In this document: positions 34,288 to 46,924 of the stretch, piece by piece | Position numbering within the stretch: position 1 is the stretch's first letter | Layout: every line of letters starts with the position of its first letter | Assembly (NCBI GenBank): GCA_964586155.1 | Contig: CAZPHC010000006.1 | Coordinates: 141,392-205,391, forward strand | Direction: 5' to 3' | Source of the DNA: an uncultured Enterobacteriaceae bacterium | GTDB lineage: Bacteria > Myxococcota_A > UBA9042 | DNA length: 64,000 nucleotides | Notes under the pieces: generated by a model | Seen by the model: the letters and a program-made list of their open reading frames with translations, nothing else | The model's database searches: none | What the model was told of the DNA's origin: nothing | Made by a program: the position numbers and the translations under genes

Positions 34288-35294
34288 GCCGCCTCCTTCA
34301 TCGCCGCGATGATGGCGTCCTGGAACTGGATCGTCGTCGCCTTGCCGCCGAGGTCGCCGGTGCGGACCTGGCCCTTGGCGAGCACCGACAGCAGCGCGCG
34401 CTCGACGCGATCGGCCGCGGCGCGCTCGCCGATGTGGCGCAGCATCAGCACCGCCGACTGGATCAGCGCGGTCGGGTTGGCCACGCCCTTGCCGGCGATG
34501 TCGGGCGCCGAGCCGTGCACCGCCTCGAACACCGCGTAACGATCGCCGATGTTGGCGCCGGGGACGACGCCGAGGCCGCCGACCAGGCCCGCGGCGAGAT
34601 CGCTGAGCACGTCGCCGTAGAGGTTCTCCATCACCAGGCAGTCAAATTGCGTCGGATCGAGCACCAGCTCGCGCACCACGTCGTCGACGAGCATGTCGTT
34701 GTGGCGCAAGAAGGGGTACTCGTCCGCGATCTTGCCGAACGCGTTGAGGAAGAGCCCGTCCGAGAGCTTCATGATCGTCGCTTTGTGCACCAACGTCAGC
34801 GACTGGCGACCCTCGGCCCGGGCCCAGGTGCTGGCCCAGCGGCAGATGCGGTTGCACGCCGTCTCGGTGATCACGCGCAGCGTCTCGACCACGCCGGGCA
34901 CGGGCTCGTGCTCGCGGCCGGCGTAGAGGCCCTCGGTGTTCTCGCGGAAGATCACGAGATCGACGTCGTCGTGGCGGGTCTTGATGCCCGGGATGCTGCG
35001 CACCGGCCGCAGGCTGACGTAGAGATCGAGTGCCTGGCGGATGGCGACGTTGACGCTGGTGAAGCCCGTGCCGACCGGGGTCGTGATCGGGCCCTTGAGC
35101 GCGACCCGGGTGCGCTCGATGGTGCGCAGCGTCTGGTCGGGCAGGGGCGTGCCGTGGCTGTCGACCGCGCCGGCGCCCGCGGGCATCCGCAGCCAGTGGA
35201 TGTCGACGCCGGACGCCGCGAGCACGGCCACGGTCGCGTCACTGACCTCCGGGCCGATGCCGTCGCCGGGCAGCAGGGTCAGCTCGTAGGTCAT
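34284..35294 (-). CDS. Isocitrate dehydrogenase (NAD-dependent or homoisocitrate-DH-like, paralog A)
   Basis: 336 aa. TPVGTGFTSVNVAIRQALDLYVSLRPV, ATIMKLSDGLF, NLYGDVLSDLAAGLVGGLG contain the isocitrate-binding Ser/Arg, catalytic Lys/Tyr and metal Asp residues. Confidence 0.85.
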   Translation of the reverse strand: MTYELTLLPGDGIGPEVSDATVAVLAASGVDIHWLRMPAGAGAVDSHGTPLPDQTLRTIERTRVALKGPITTPVGTGFTSVNVAIRQALDLYVSLRPVRSIPGIKTRHDDVDLVIFRENTEGLYAGREHEPVPGVVETLRVITETACNRICRWASTWARAEGRQSLTLVHKATIMKLSDGLFLNAFGKIADEYPFLRHNDMLVDDVVRELVLDPTQFDCLVMENLYGDVLSDLAAGLVGGLGVVPGANIGDRYAVFEAVHGSAPDIAGKGVANPTALIQSAVLMLRHIGERAAADRVERALLSVLAKGQVRTGDLGGKATTIQFQDAIIAAMKEAA

Positions 35295-35400
35295 GGCGCC
35301 TCCCTCGGGCGGGCTCGGCCCGCGCGGCGCGCAAGGTAGCCGCGCCGATCGCGAGCGGCAAGCGGTCGGGGCGGCTGGTCACGGGGCGCCGGCGCCAGGC

Positions 35401-36177
35401 TCAGAAGCGCTCGTCCGGGCGCAAGAAGCGGAACTTGCCGCGCTCGAGGTCACCGAGCACGACCCGGCCGATGCGCACGCGCACCAGCGACGACACCCGC
35501 AGCCCGACCAGCTCGGCCATGCGGCGGATCTGGCGCTTGCGGCCTTCGCGCAGCACGAAGCGCAGGCGCCCGGGCCCGAGGCGATCCACCTGGGCCGGCA
35601 TCAGGCGCACGTCGTCGAGGATCAGGCCGTGGCGCAAGCGACGCAGCTGATCGTCGTTGGGCTCCGGCTCGACGCGGACGACGTACTCCTTGTCGATGCG
35701 CCGCTCCGGACCGATCAAGGCGCGCGCGACGCGACCGTCGGCGGTGAGCACGAGCAGGCCGGACGAATCGATGTCGAGGCGGCCGGCGGGCGCGAGGCCG
35801 CGCGCCCAATCGCTCGGCCAGCTGCCGTCAGGCCACGGGATCCACGGGAAGTTCGGGTCGAGGTTGTCCGAGCGCAGCAGGCTCGCGGCGTCGACGTGGC
35901 CGTCCTCGGCCTGGCCCGAGACCAGGCCCGGCGGCTTGTGCAGGATCACCGTCGCCCGCTGCGCCTGCGCGGCCTGGCCGGCGGCGTCGAGCGTGATCTT
36001 GGCGCCGCTGCCGACCCGCACGCCGAGCTCGCGCACGACCTCTCCGTCGACGCGCACACGACCGGCGGCGATCAGCGCGTCGGCCTCGCGACGGCTGCAC
36101 AGGCCGAGCTCGGCCATGCGCTTGTTCAGGCGAATCCCTTGCTGCACCGTCGCCTCCACCCTGCTGGTTGCCTGCAA
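35401..36177 (-). CDS. rRNA pseudouridine synthase (RsuA/RluB/RluF family) with S4 domain
   Basis: 258 aa. S4-like N-terminus IRLNKRMAELGLCSRREADALIAAGRVRVDG and catalytic GRLDIDSSGLLVLT. Confidence 0.8.
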   Translation of the reverse strand: MQATSRVEATVQQGIRLNKRMAELGLCSRREADALIAAGRVRVDGEVVRELGVRVGSGAKITLDAAGQAAQAQRATVILHKPPGLVSGQAEDGHVDAASLLRSDNLDPNFPWIPWPDGSWPSDWARGLAPAGRLDIDSSGLLVLTADGRVARALIGPERRIDKEYVVRVEPEPNDDQLRRLRHGLILDDVRLMPAQVDRLGPGRLRFVLREGRKRQIRRMAELVGLRVSSLVRVRIGRVVLGDLERGKFRFLRPDERF

Positions 36178-36301
36178 ATGCGGGCCGTTTGGCCACGCGC
36201 GCGTCGGCGGGGTTGCGCCTGTGGCCCCCCAACCCTACCTTGTGCGGCCAGATTTTGCGCCTCGGCCGGCCTCGCCGCCGGGGCGCGCGCGGGAAGCTGC
36301 C

Positions 36302-39298
<2,997 letters not shown>

Positions 39299-39451
39299 CG
39301 GTGGTTCGGTCGGCCTGGCGTGCCTGCGCGTGACGATCCCGTGACGCCGCAAAGCCAGTGCTGGACGTCGCCATCGGGTTGCAACACGCTCCGCCCGCCC
39401 GAGGCTGGGCATGTCCAAGAGGCCGGACATCCGGCCCGCACGGAGGTCCTG

Positions 39452-41134
39452 ATGCGTACACTCACCTCGATCGCGGCCCTGATGGCGCTCGCCGTGGCTG
39501 CCGCGGGTTGCGGCTCGGACGCGGGCGGTGGCGGCGGCGGCGGGCTGGTCGACAGCGGCGCCAATGACGCCGGCAACCAGGACGGCACCGCGAGCGACGG
39601 CACGGCCTCGGACTCCGCGACCGGCGACACGGCAGCCGCCGACACGGCCACCGCCGACGGGACGGCCACCGACACCACGAGCGCTGACACGGCCAGCGGC
39701 GACACGGCGACCGGCGACACGGCGACCGGCGACACCGCGACCGGCGACACCGCGACCGGTGATACCGCCGTCGACGCCAGCGATGTCGCGCAGGTCGACG
39801 CCATCGCCGGTGCCGACCTCAAGGCCGGTGACCTGGTGATCACCGAGATCCTGGCCGACTCGATGGCCGTGCCGGACGAGACGGGCGAGTGGTTCGAGGT
39901 GCAGAACCGCACGGGCAAGGCGGTCGACCTCCGCGGCCTGAAGATCGAGGACAAGACCGCCAAGGCGCACGAGATTGCGGGGCCAGCGCAGGTGATCGTG
40001 CCCGCCGGCGGCTACGCCGTGCTGTGCATCACCGCCGACAAGGGCGTCAACGGCGGCGTGACGTGCGCCTACGCCTACGGTGACAAGGTCAAGCTCACCA
40101 ACAGCGGCGACACGATCAAGCTCGTCGCCAGCGCCGGCGTCGTCGACGAGGTCAGCTACGCCAACGGCGGCGACAAGGGCTGGCCCGCGCTGGCCAAGGG
40201 CCACGCGCAGCAGCTCGCGGTCGAGGCCACCAGCGCCACGGTCAACGACGACGGCAACAACTGGTGCGTCGCCCAGGCAACGTTCGGCGCCGGCGACTTC
40301 GGCAGCCCCGGCAGCGCCAACCCGGCCTGCGCGCCCGACGCCGACAAGGACGGCGTCGTCGACAGCGCCGACAATTGCCCCTCGACCTGGAACCCGACGC
40401 AGTACGACGAGGATCAGGACGGCATCGGCAGCAACTGCGACAACTGCCCCAAGGTCGCCAACAAGGACCAGGCCGACAGCGACAAGGACGGCGTCGGCGA
40501 CGCCTGCCCGCCCGCGGTCTGCGGCGACGGCAAGCAGGAGTTCCCTGAGGAGTGCGACGACGGCAACAAGACCGTCGGCGACGGCTGCAGCCCCGACTGC
40601 AAGATCGAGGCGGCCAAGATCGCCAAGGGCGACCTCGTCATCACCGAGCTGCTCATCGATCCGGTGGCCGTCGACGACACCAAGGGCGAGTACATCGAGG
40701 TCTACAACCCGACCGGCGCCGCGATCACCCTCGACGGCATCGTCATCGTCAACAAGACCAACAAGCACACCATCAGCCCCGCGTCGCCGCTCGTCGTGCC
40801 GTCGAAGGGCTTCGTCGTGCTCGGCATCAACGCCGACAGCTCGACCAACGGCGGCGTCAAGGTCGACTACGCCTGGAAGAGCATCGCGCTCGGCAACTCC
40901 GGCAGCGACATCGCGCTGATGGCCGGCGACGTCGAGGTCGACAAGGTCACCTACACCGGCTCGGGCAGCAATGGCTGGCCGAAGTACAAGAACGGCGCCA
41001 GCATCCAGCTCTCGTCGGCAGCGCTGACCGCCACGGCGAACGACGATCCGAAGAACTGGTGCGAGTCGACCGCGGCCGTCGCTGGCGGCGACAAGGGCAC
41101 CCCGGGCAGCGCCAACGCCAGCTGCGCGCAGTAG
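39452..41134 (+). CDS. Secreted lipoprotein with two lamin-tail domains, thrombospondin type-3 repeats and a Myxococcus-type Cys-rich repeat
   Basis: Start at M45 of ORF 39320..41134, with CGGAGG RBS. MRTLTSIAALMALAVAAAGC lipobox. Thr/Asp-rich linker with (TGDTA)x5. LTD 1 LVITEILADS..GEWFEVQN. TSP3 repeats DKDGVVDSADNCP..DEDQDGIGSNCDNCP..DSDKDGVGDAC. Cys-rich repeat CGDGKQEFPEECDDGNKTVGDGCSPDCKIE (TIGR02232-like). LTD 2 LVITELLIDP..GEYIEVYN. Confidence 0.8.
   Translation: MRTLTSIAALMALAVAAAGCGSDAGGGGGGGLVDSGANDAGNQDGTASDGTASDSATGDTAAADTATADGTATDTTSADTASGDTATGDTATGDTATGDTATGDTAVDASDVAQVDAIAGADLKAGDLVITEILADSMAVPDETGEWFEVQNRTGKAVDLRGLKIEDKTAKAHEIAGPAQVIVPAGGYAVLCITADKGVNGGVTCAYAYGDKVKLTNSGDTIKLVASAGVVDEVSYANGGDKGWPALAKGHAQQLAVEATSATVNDDGNNWCVAQATFGAGDFGSPGSANPACAPDADKDGVVDSADNCPSTWNPTQYDEDQDGIGSNCDNCPKVANKDQADSDKDGVGDACPPAVCGDGKQEFPEECDDGNKTVGDGCSPDCKIEAAKIAKGDLVITELLIDPVAVDDTKGEYIEVYNPTGAAITLDGIVIVNKTNKHTISPASPLVVPSKGFVVLGINADSSTNGGVKVDYAWKSIALGNSGSDIALMAGDVEVDKVTYTGSGSNGWPKYKNGASIQLSSAALTATANDDPKNWCESTAAVAGGDKGTPGSANASCAQ
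39701..39760 (+). repeat. Tandem 15-bp repeat (gacacggcgaccggc, x4, plus degenerate flanking copies) encoding (TGDTA)n
   Basis: Seen directly in the sequence inside the lipoprotein linker. It is in-frame coding low-complexity sequence, not a CRISPR array. Confidence 0.8.
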
Positions 41135-41152
41135 TCGGCGGCCCCGCGGTCG

Positions 41153-42844
41153 CTACACAGCGTCCTCGGCGGCGGCGGCCATCCGCGCCCGCTCGGCGGC
41201 GCGGATCGTGCCTGCGAGCGCCAGCGCGAGCACCGGCCCCGCCAGCGTCGTGGCGAAGATCACGCCCCAGAGCATCGTCAAGTCCGCCACGCCGTCCTCG
41301 GGGCAGTAGGTGGCCAGCAGCGAGCCCGACATCAGGCCGACCAGCGGTTTGGCCGCGAACATCGGCAGCTGCGTCAGACCCATGTAGCTGGCCTCCCGCC
41401 CCGGCGGCGCCATGACCGCGACGTACTCGTACAGCCGCGGCGACCAGAGCGCCTCGCCAATCGAGACGAGCACGACAAAGAGCACCGGCCCCGTCAGGCG
41501 CGGATCGGCGAGGCCCGCCGGCAGCAACGCCTCGCCGAGCGCGGCCGCCAGCTCCGGCACCATCATCGGCACGACCGAGAACGCCGTGATGAAGCTGCCG
41601 CTCATGATGGCGGTCCAGGCGCTCCAGCGCCCGGTCCATGCGCCGATCAGCGGCGTCAGCACGATGATCATCAGCGGGTTGATCGACCAGATCGCCGCCT
41701 GCGGCACGTCGGCGCCGAAGGTGCGGATCATGTACGTCGGCCAGGTCGAGTGCGCGTGGACGAAGACGGCGCGGACCAGGACCAGCACCGAGATGAAGAG
41801 CATGTACGCGCGGAAGGTCGGCTCGCCGAACAGGCCGCGGCCGACGCCCGCCGCCTGCCGCAGCGTCTGGCCCAGGCGTGTCGGCAGGCCGTCGAGCTCG
41901 GCCTTGAGCCGCTCGGTCCAATCTGCGCGTGCGCCCGGCGCTGCGTCCGCGCCCTCGTCGTCGTCCGGGCGCATGGTCGCGCAGAGCCACAGGCTCAGCA
42001 GCGACATGACCGTGGCGATGGCGAAGATCAACTCGTAGCCCGACAGGCCGAACGGCGCAGGCGCGACCTCCTGGCCGGCCAACGTCGCCTGCACCGCGTC
42101 GCGGACGCGGCCAAGGTCGCCTTGGGTCCAGAACGCCGGCGCGCGGCCGGTGGCGACCAGGGCGATCTTCTGCACCCACGCTTCGGGCGTCTCGCTGACG
42201 GTCGCCGCCTGCGGCAGCACGTCACGCCACAGCGCCGCCAGGGCGGACTCGTCGGCCGGCCCGACGCCGTTGAGGATCTCCATCGGCCGCAGCGATCGGC
42301 CCAGCAATCCGCGCCGCAGCGCGCTGACAACGTGGCCCGCGGCGAACGCGCCGACGTTCATGACGACGTAGAAGATGTTGTAGGCGAACGCGCGCAGCTC
42401 GGGCGGCGCCACCTTCTTGATCGCCGCGGTCATCACCGGCTTCATCGACGCCACGCCCCAGACCGAGATCACCAGGCCGAGCAGCGGGATCGCCGGGACC
42501 TCCGAGAACGAGAGCATGCCGCGGCCGACGACCAGGGTCGCCGCGCCGACCAGCAGCGCTCGGCGCAGGCCCATCACGTCGGCGACGAAGCCCGAGACGA
42601 AGGTCGCCAGCGAGATCAGTGTGCCCCAGGTGCCGTAGACGGTCCCGCTCCAGCGATCCGACAGCCGCAGATCGTCGTGCAGGAACAAGATCAGCACGTT
42701 CACGACGGCGAAGTACGCGACCGACTCGACGAGCTTGACCGCGTAGATCAGCCACAGCTCGCGTGGCGCCGCCAACAATGCGCGCACGTTGGCGAAAAGG
42801 CTGGACTGGGCGCCCGATCCTGCTGGGGCGTCTGGCTGCGACAT
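41153..42844 (-). CDS. MFS transporter with POT/PTR2-like motifs
   Basis: Start at M25 of ORF 41153..42916, with GGAGGTG RBS. 12-14 TM. ELWLIYAVKLVESVAYF and GFVADVMG resemble POT-family ExxER and GGxxAD motifs. Contains a large cytoplasmic loop. Confidence 0.75.
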   Translation of the reverse strand: MSQPDAPAGSGAQSSLFANVRALLAAPRELWLIYAVKLVESVAYFAVVNVLILFLHDDLRLSDRWSGTVYGTWGTLISLATFVSGFVADVMGLRRALLVGAATLVVGRGMLSFSEVPAIPLLGLVISVWGVASMKPVMTAAIKKVAPPELRAFAYNIFYVVMNVGAFAAGHVVSALRRGLLGRSLRPMEILNGVGPADESALAALWRDVLPQAATVSETPEAWVQKIALVATGRAPAFWTQGDLGRVRDAVQATLAGQEVAPAPFGLSGYELIFAIATVMSLLSLWLCATMRPDDDEGADAAPGARADWTERLKAELDGLPTRLGQTLRQAAGVGRGLFGEPTFRAYMLFISVLVLVRAVFVHAHSTWPTYMIRTFGADVPQAAIWSINPLMIIVLTPLIGAWTGRWSAWTAIMSGSFITAFSVVPMMVPELAAALGEALLPAGLADPRLTGPVLFVVLVSIGEALWSPRLYEYVAVMAPPGREASYMGLTQLPMFAAKPLVGLMSGSLLATYCPEDGVADLTMLWGVIFATTLAGPVLALALAGTIRAAERARMAAAAEDAV

Positions 42845-43018
42845 GGCCACCTCCGGCGGCCAGGATGGCAGGTTGCCCTGGCCGCGCAACGCCCGGGCGG
42901 TGTCGGTTGCGCCCACGCAAGCCCCACCAACCCGGGTTCGTCATTGCATGTGGCGCGTCGATGATCTTCAATCCAAGCTGCGGGACCGGACCATCGGGGC
43001 TCGATCCGTCCCGCCGAG

Positions 43019-44803
43019 GTGCGCGTGAACCTTCCTGCCGGTCAGCCTGTGTACGGCAACCGCTACCGGGTCCTTGAGCCCGTCGGCAGCGGCGGCATGG
43101 CGACGGTGTACCGCGGCGTCGACACGGTCTTGGGCCGCGACGTCGCGATCAAGGTGATGCACCCCCACCTCGCGGCCCGCGCCGACGCCCGCGCCCGCTT
43201 CTCGCGCGAGGCGAAGGCCATCGCCCGGCTCAAGCACCCCAACATCGTCGATGTCTACGATTTCTCTGGCGACTCGGACCTCGAGGCCTACCTCGTCACC
43301 GAGTTCGTCCACGGCATCACGTTGACCGAGTTCTGCAGCCGCCACGGGCAGTTGCTTCCGCAGTCGGCCGCCCTCATCGCCCACGCGATCGCCGGCGCCC
43401 TGGCGCACGCCCACGCGGCCGGGCTGGTCCATCGCGACATCAAGCCCGACAACCTGATGATCTCCCGCGACGGCACGATCAAGCTGATGGACTTCGGCAT
43501 CGCCACCGCGCTCGACATGGAGCAGATGACCGCCACCGGCGCGATCCTCGGCTCGCCAGCGCACATGGCACCCGAGCAGATCGAGGGCCGCGCGATCGAC
43601 GCCCGCGTCGACGTCTTCGCCTTCGGCACCGTGCTGTACACGCTCGTCGCGGGTCGCCTCCCTTTCGTCGCGTCCAATCCCCATGCGCTGTTCCGCCTGA
43701 TCCTGGAGTGCGAGTACGATCCGCCCAGCCGACACAACCCGGCGGTCGGTCGCGGCTTCGAGCAGATCCTGACCACGGCCCTTGCGCGCCAGCCCGAGGA
43801 TCGCTGGAGCTCGATGGCGGCGGTGCAAGAAGCCCTGACCGGCTACCTGACGCATTTCGACCTGCAGGACATCGCTGCGCACCTGCCGCGGCTGTTGCAG
43901 GCGCCGGAGCAGTTCCAGCTCGAGCTGCGGCCCAAGCTCGTGCGCGTGCTCTGCGCCGACGGTCGCGCCCATGCACGCCAGGGCGAGCTGGCGCTGGCGA
44001 TCGATGACTACAACCGCGCCCTGGCCATCGATCCCGAGGCTGCCGACCCCCGCGTCGGCCTCAGCGAGCTGACGTCGCGCAGCCGCCGCCGCCGCCGCAT
44101 TCGCGCCGTCGCCATCGCGGGCGTCGGCGCCGCGGTCGCCGTCGCGGCCATCATTCTGGTCGGCAGGGCACCGTCGCAGCCGCAGGCTCCGTCCGCGCCG
44201 GTGGTGGCCTCGGCGCTGCCGTTGGCCGTGCCCGCCGCACCCGAGACGGCGCGTATGGTCGCGGCCGAGAAGGCAGCCCTCGATGCCGAGGCGGCTCGCC
44301 AGGAGAAGGCGCGACAAGAGCAACGCGCGCTCGCAGAAGAGGCGGCACGCGTCGCCCTGGCCGAGGCCGCCAAGGCGCGCGATGCCGAGGCGGCAGCCGC
44401 GGCACGACCCCGCGAGCCCGATGCTGCGGCGCAGCGGCCCACCCGGCCGCGTCCGGTCAAGGCCGATGAGGCGCAGCCGTCACGCCCGGCCGGACCGACG
44501 GTCGTCGCGACGCCGAACCCCACCGGGGGCAAGGTCCTCGTCGGCCTGGGCAGCCTGCCGCCGATCAGCGTGATCTTCCTCGATGGCGTCGAGAAGAGCC
44601 GCACCGGCGTCTGGACCGAGCCGCTGATCCCGGGCCGCGACTACACGCTGCGATGTGAACCGTATCCGTCGAGCTGTCCGTCGTGCCCGGCCTTCCAGGA
44701 GCGCAGATTCAAGGTGCCGGAGCGGCCCGCCGTCGATGGTACGCCGTTCTCGGTCAAGTGCGATTTCCGCGCGTTCCAGCCCGCCCAGGCCAGCGGCGGT
44801 TAG
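43019..44803 (+). CDS. Ser/Thr protein kinase with TPR-like segment, TM and Cys-containing extracytoplasmic C-terminal domain
   Basis: 594 aa. [61 protein letters not shown]-terminus CEPYPSSCPSCPAF...C. Confidence 0.85.
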   Translation: MRVNLPAGQPVYGNRYRVLEPVGSGGMATVYRGVDTVLGRDVAIKVMHPHLAARADARARFSREAKAIARLKHPNIVDVYDFSGDSDLEAYLVTEFVHGITLTEFCSRHGQLLPQSAALIAHAIAGALAHAHAAGLVHRDIKPDNLMISRDGTIKLMDFGIATALDMEQMTATGAILGSPAHMAPEQIEGRAIDARVDVFAFGTVLYTLVAGRLPFVASNPHALFRLILECEYDPPSRHNPAVGRGFEQILTTALARQPEDRWSSMAAVQEALTGYLTHFDLQDIAAHLPRLLQAPEQFQLELRPKLVRVLCADGRAHARQGELALAIDDYNRALAIDPEAADPRVGLSELTSRSRRRRRIRAVAIAGVGAAVAVAAIILVGRAPSQPQAPSAPVVASALPLAVPAAPETARMVAAEKAALDAEAARQEKARQEQRALAEEAARVALAEAAKARDAEAAAAARPREPDAAAQRPTRPRPVKADEAQPSRPAGPTVVATPNPTGGKVLVGLGSLPPISVIFLDGVEKSRTGVWTEPLIPGRDYTLRCEPYPSSCPSCPAFQERRFKVPERPAVDGTPFSVKCDFRAFQPAQASGG

Positions 44804-45318
44804 CCCGCGCCCGGCGCGGCCGCTGCGTCCCGGGTCGGGGCGCGCCGGCCGGCGCGCGCCAGGCGGTGTTCGCGCCGCTCGAGCGCCGCCTCGAAGCACG
44901 CCCGATCCGCGTCGTCCTCCAGCAGCAGCGGTGGCACCGGCGCCGGCTTGCCGTCGTCGCCCATCGCCACGAACGAGGTGAAGGCCTCGAGCGCCAGCTC
45001 GCGCGGCTCGCCGATCGACTCGCGCTCGGCGCGCACGCGGATCTCCATGCTCGTCCGGCCGGCCCAGGTCACACGCGCGGTGATGGTGACGATGTCGCCG
45101 TGGCGGACGGGCAGCTTGAAGTGCACCTCGTCGAACGACACCGTCACCGCGACGCGGTCGGCGTGACGCATCGCGCAGGCGCCGGCTGCGACGTCGACCC
45201 ACGCCAGCATCTGGCCGCCGAAGGCCGTGCCATAGGCGTTGATGTGCTGCGGCAGCACGAGCTGGGTCATCACCGTCTCGGATCGGTGGGCGCTGCGCGG
45301 GGGGAGGGCCTGGCTCAT
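44800..45318 (-). CDS. Acyl-CoA thioesterase (hotdog fold, YciA-like)
   Basis: Start at M45 of ORF 44800..45450, with AGGAG RBS. MTQLVLPQHINAYGTAFGGQMLAWVD...RHGDIVTITARVTWAGRTSMEI is typical of the YciA/acyl-CoA hydrolase family. Confidence 0.8.
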   Translation of the reverse strand: MSQALPPRSAHRSETVMTQLVLPQHINAYGTAFGGQMLAWVDVAAGACAMRHADRVAVTVSFDEVHFKLPVRHGDIVTITARVTWAGRTSMEIRVRAERESIGEPRELALEAFTSFVAMGDDGKPAPVPPLLLEDDADRACFEAALERREHRLARAGRRAPTRDAAAAPGAG

Positions 45319-45460
45319 CGCGGCTCCTGGCGGGCGGCGCGGCCTGCGCGCCCCCGTCGTCTGTGAGGTCGGGGAATCCCCGCGCCCCGACTGGACATCC
45401 AATCGGGTGCGCGCTAGACCGCCGACGACGCCGCGGCAGGGTGGCGGCAACTGAGGTCCG

Positions 45461-46246
45461 ATGACAAGCGCCGTGACGGTTCGCGCCCTGTTTCAAGAGC
45501 ATCCCGACGCCAACTGCAAGGCCCTGCGCGACATCGTGCGCATGCTCGGCGTCGCCGAAGAGAACGAGGACTCCTTCACCGGCGCCCATCGCGTCGAGGA
45601 CGGGCCGCTCGCGGCCGCGCGCGCCGAGCATCGCGCCGCCTTCGACGCCGCAGACTGTGGCCAGCGCCTGCTGCAGCTGAGCCGCCACGCCGACGCCACC
45701 GTGCGCGAGCTGGCGACCGACGCCCTCGGCGTCTGGGGCGGCGACCAGGCCCGCGATCGCCTGCACGAGCTCGTCAGCGACGACGTGCTCGCGGTGCGCG
45801 CCAGCGCCGTCGGTGCCCTCGCCGGATGGGCCCACGAGCGGCCCAGCGTCGAGGTGATGCTGATTGCGCTCGAAGACAGCAAGTGGATCGTGCGGTTGCG
45901 CGCGGCGCACGGCTTGGCCCGCGCGCCCGGCGAGGACGTCGACCGCGCCCTGGTCCACGCCCTGCTCGACCCTGACTCGTTCGTGCGCACGACCGCCGCG
46001 GACGCGCTGGTGCTGCGGCCCACCGAGCGGATCCTGCCGCGCATCCGCAAGCTCATGGAGCATCCGGCGCCGCACCTCTTTGACGCCGCTTTTGACGTGC
46101 TGGGGCGCATCGGCACCGACGAGGACGCCGCCTTCCTCGCACGCGTCGGCCGGCTGACCAACTTCTCGCAGCCGGGCCAGGTCAAGACCTGGGCACGCGC
46201 GGCGGCGCAGGCGATCCGTCGCCGCACCGCCGGCCGCAGCCGTTGA
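45461..46246 (+). CDS. HEAT-repeat (PBS-lyase-like) protein
   Basis: 261 aa. Repeated DxxVRxxAxxALG units (ATVRELATDALG, LAVRASAVGALA, IVRLRAAHGLA, FVRTTAADALV). Confidence 0.7.
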   Translation: MTSAVTVRALFQEHPDANCKALRDIVRMLGVAEENEDSFTGAHRVEDGPLAAARAEHRAAFDAADCGQRLLQLSRHADATVRELATDALGVWGGDQARDRLHELVSDDVLAVRASAVGALAGWAHERPSVEVMLIALEDSKWIVRLRAAHGLARAPGEDVDRALVHALLDPDSFVRTTAADALVLRPTERILPRIRKLMEHPAPHLFDAAFDVLGRIGTDEDAAFLARVGRLTNFSQPGQVKTWARAAAQAIRRRTAGRSR

Positions 46247-46270
46247 GCCACGGGCCGACAGGGGATCGTC

Positions 46271-46924
46271 ATGGACGCATGGGTTGGACAGGTCATCGAG
46301 GCCTTGATGTCGCTCGATGGCGCCACGATCTACGCGATCGGCTTCGGCGTGCTGCTGCTCTGCGGCTTCGGTTTGCCCGTGCCCGAGGACATCACGCTGC
46401 TGCTGATGGGCTACATGACCTACCACCCGATGCCCGACGGCGCGCTGCGACCCCACGCCGACGTCTACGTCGCCGTCGCCATCGGCCTCGCGGGTGTCAT
46501 GATCGGTGACGCTTGCATGTTCACCCTCGGCCGCAAGCTCGGCGTGCGCCTGGTCGACCGCTGGCCGTTCAAGAGCCTGCTCGGCGGCGGGCGGCTCGAG
46601 ACGGCGGCCGGCTTCCTCGAACGCAACGGTGCCAAGGTGCTGTTCTCGGCGCGGTTCATGCCCGGGTTGCGCTCGGTCGTGTTCTTCACCAGCGGCACGC
46701 TCGGCATCCCGTTGTCGCGCTTCTTGATCTACGATGGGCTCGCCGCCTTGCTGTCGGTGCCGGCGCTCGTCGTCTCGTCCTGGTATTGGGGCGAGCAGTT
46801 CGACATGGTCATCGAGAAGGCGCGCACCGCCGAGAACGGCTTGCTGCTCGTGATCGTCGGCGCTGCCGCGGTCTGGGGCCTCAAGACGCTGTGGAAGCGG
46901 CGCAAGGCCGCGTCCCCGGCCTGA
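46271..46924 (+). CDS. DedA/SNARE-associated family membrane protein
   Basis: 217 aa. GFGLPVPEDITLLLMGY...RFMPGLRSVVFFTSG are DedA signature blocks. Confidence 0.85.
   Translation: MDAWVGQVIEALMSLDGATIYAIGFGVLLLCGFGLPVPEDITLLLMGYMTYHPMPDGALRPHADVYVAVAIGLAGVMIGDACMFTLGRKLGVRLVDRWPFKSLLGGGRLETAAGFLERNGAKVLFSARFMPGLRSVVFFTSGTLGIPLSRFLIYDGLAALLSVPALVVSSWYWGEQFDMVIEKARTAENGLLLVIVGAAAVWGLKTLWKRRKAASPA

Noticed and set aside
39683-39771. Tandem 15-bp repeats considered as a possible CRISPR or minisatellite
   Set aside because: Units are contiguous with no spacers and in frame, encoding (TGDTA)n within a lipoprotein linker. This is a coding low-complexity repeat, not a CRISPR array.
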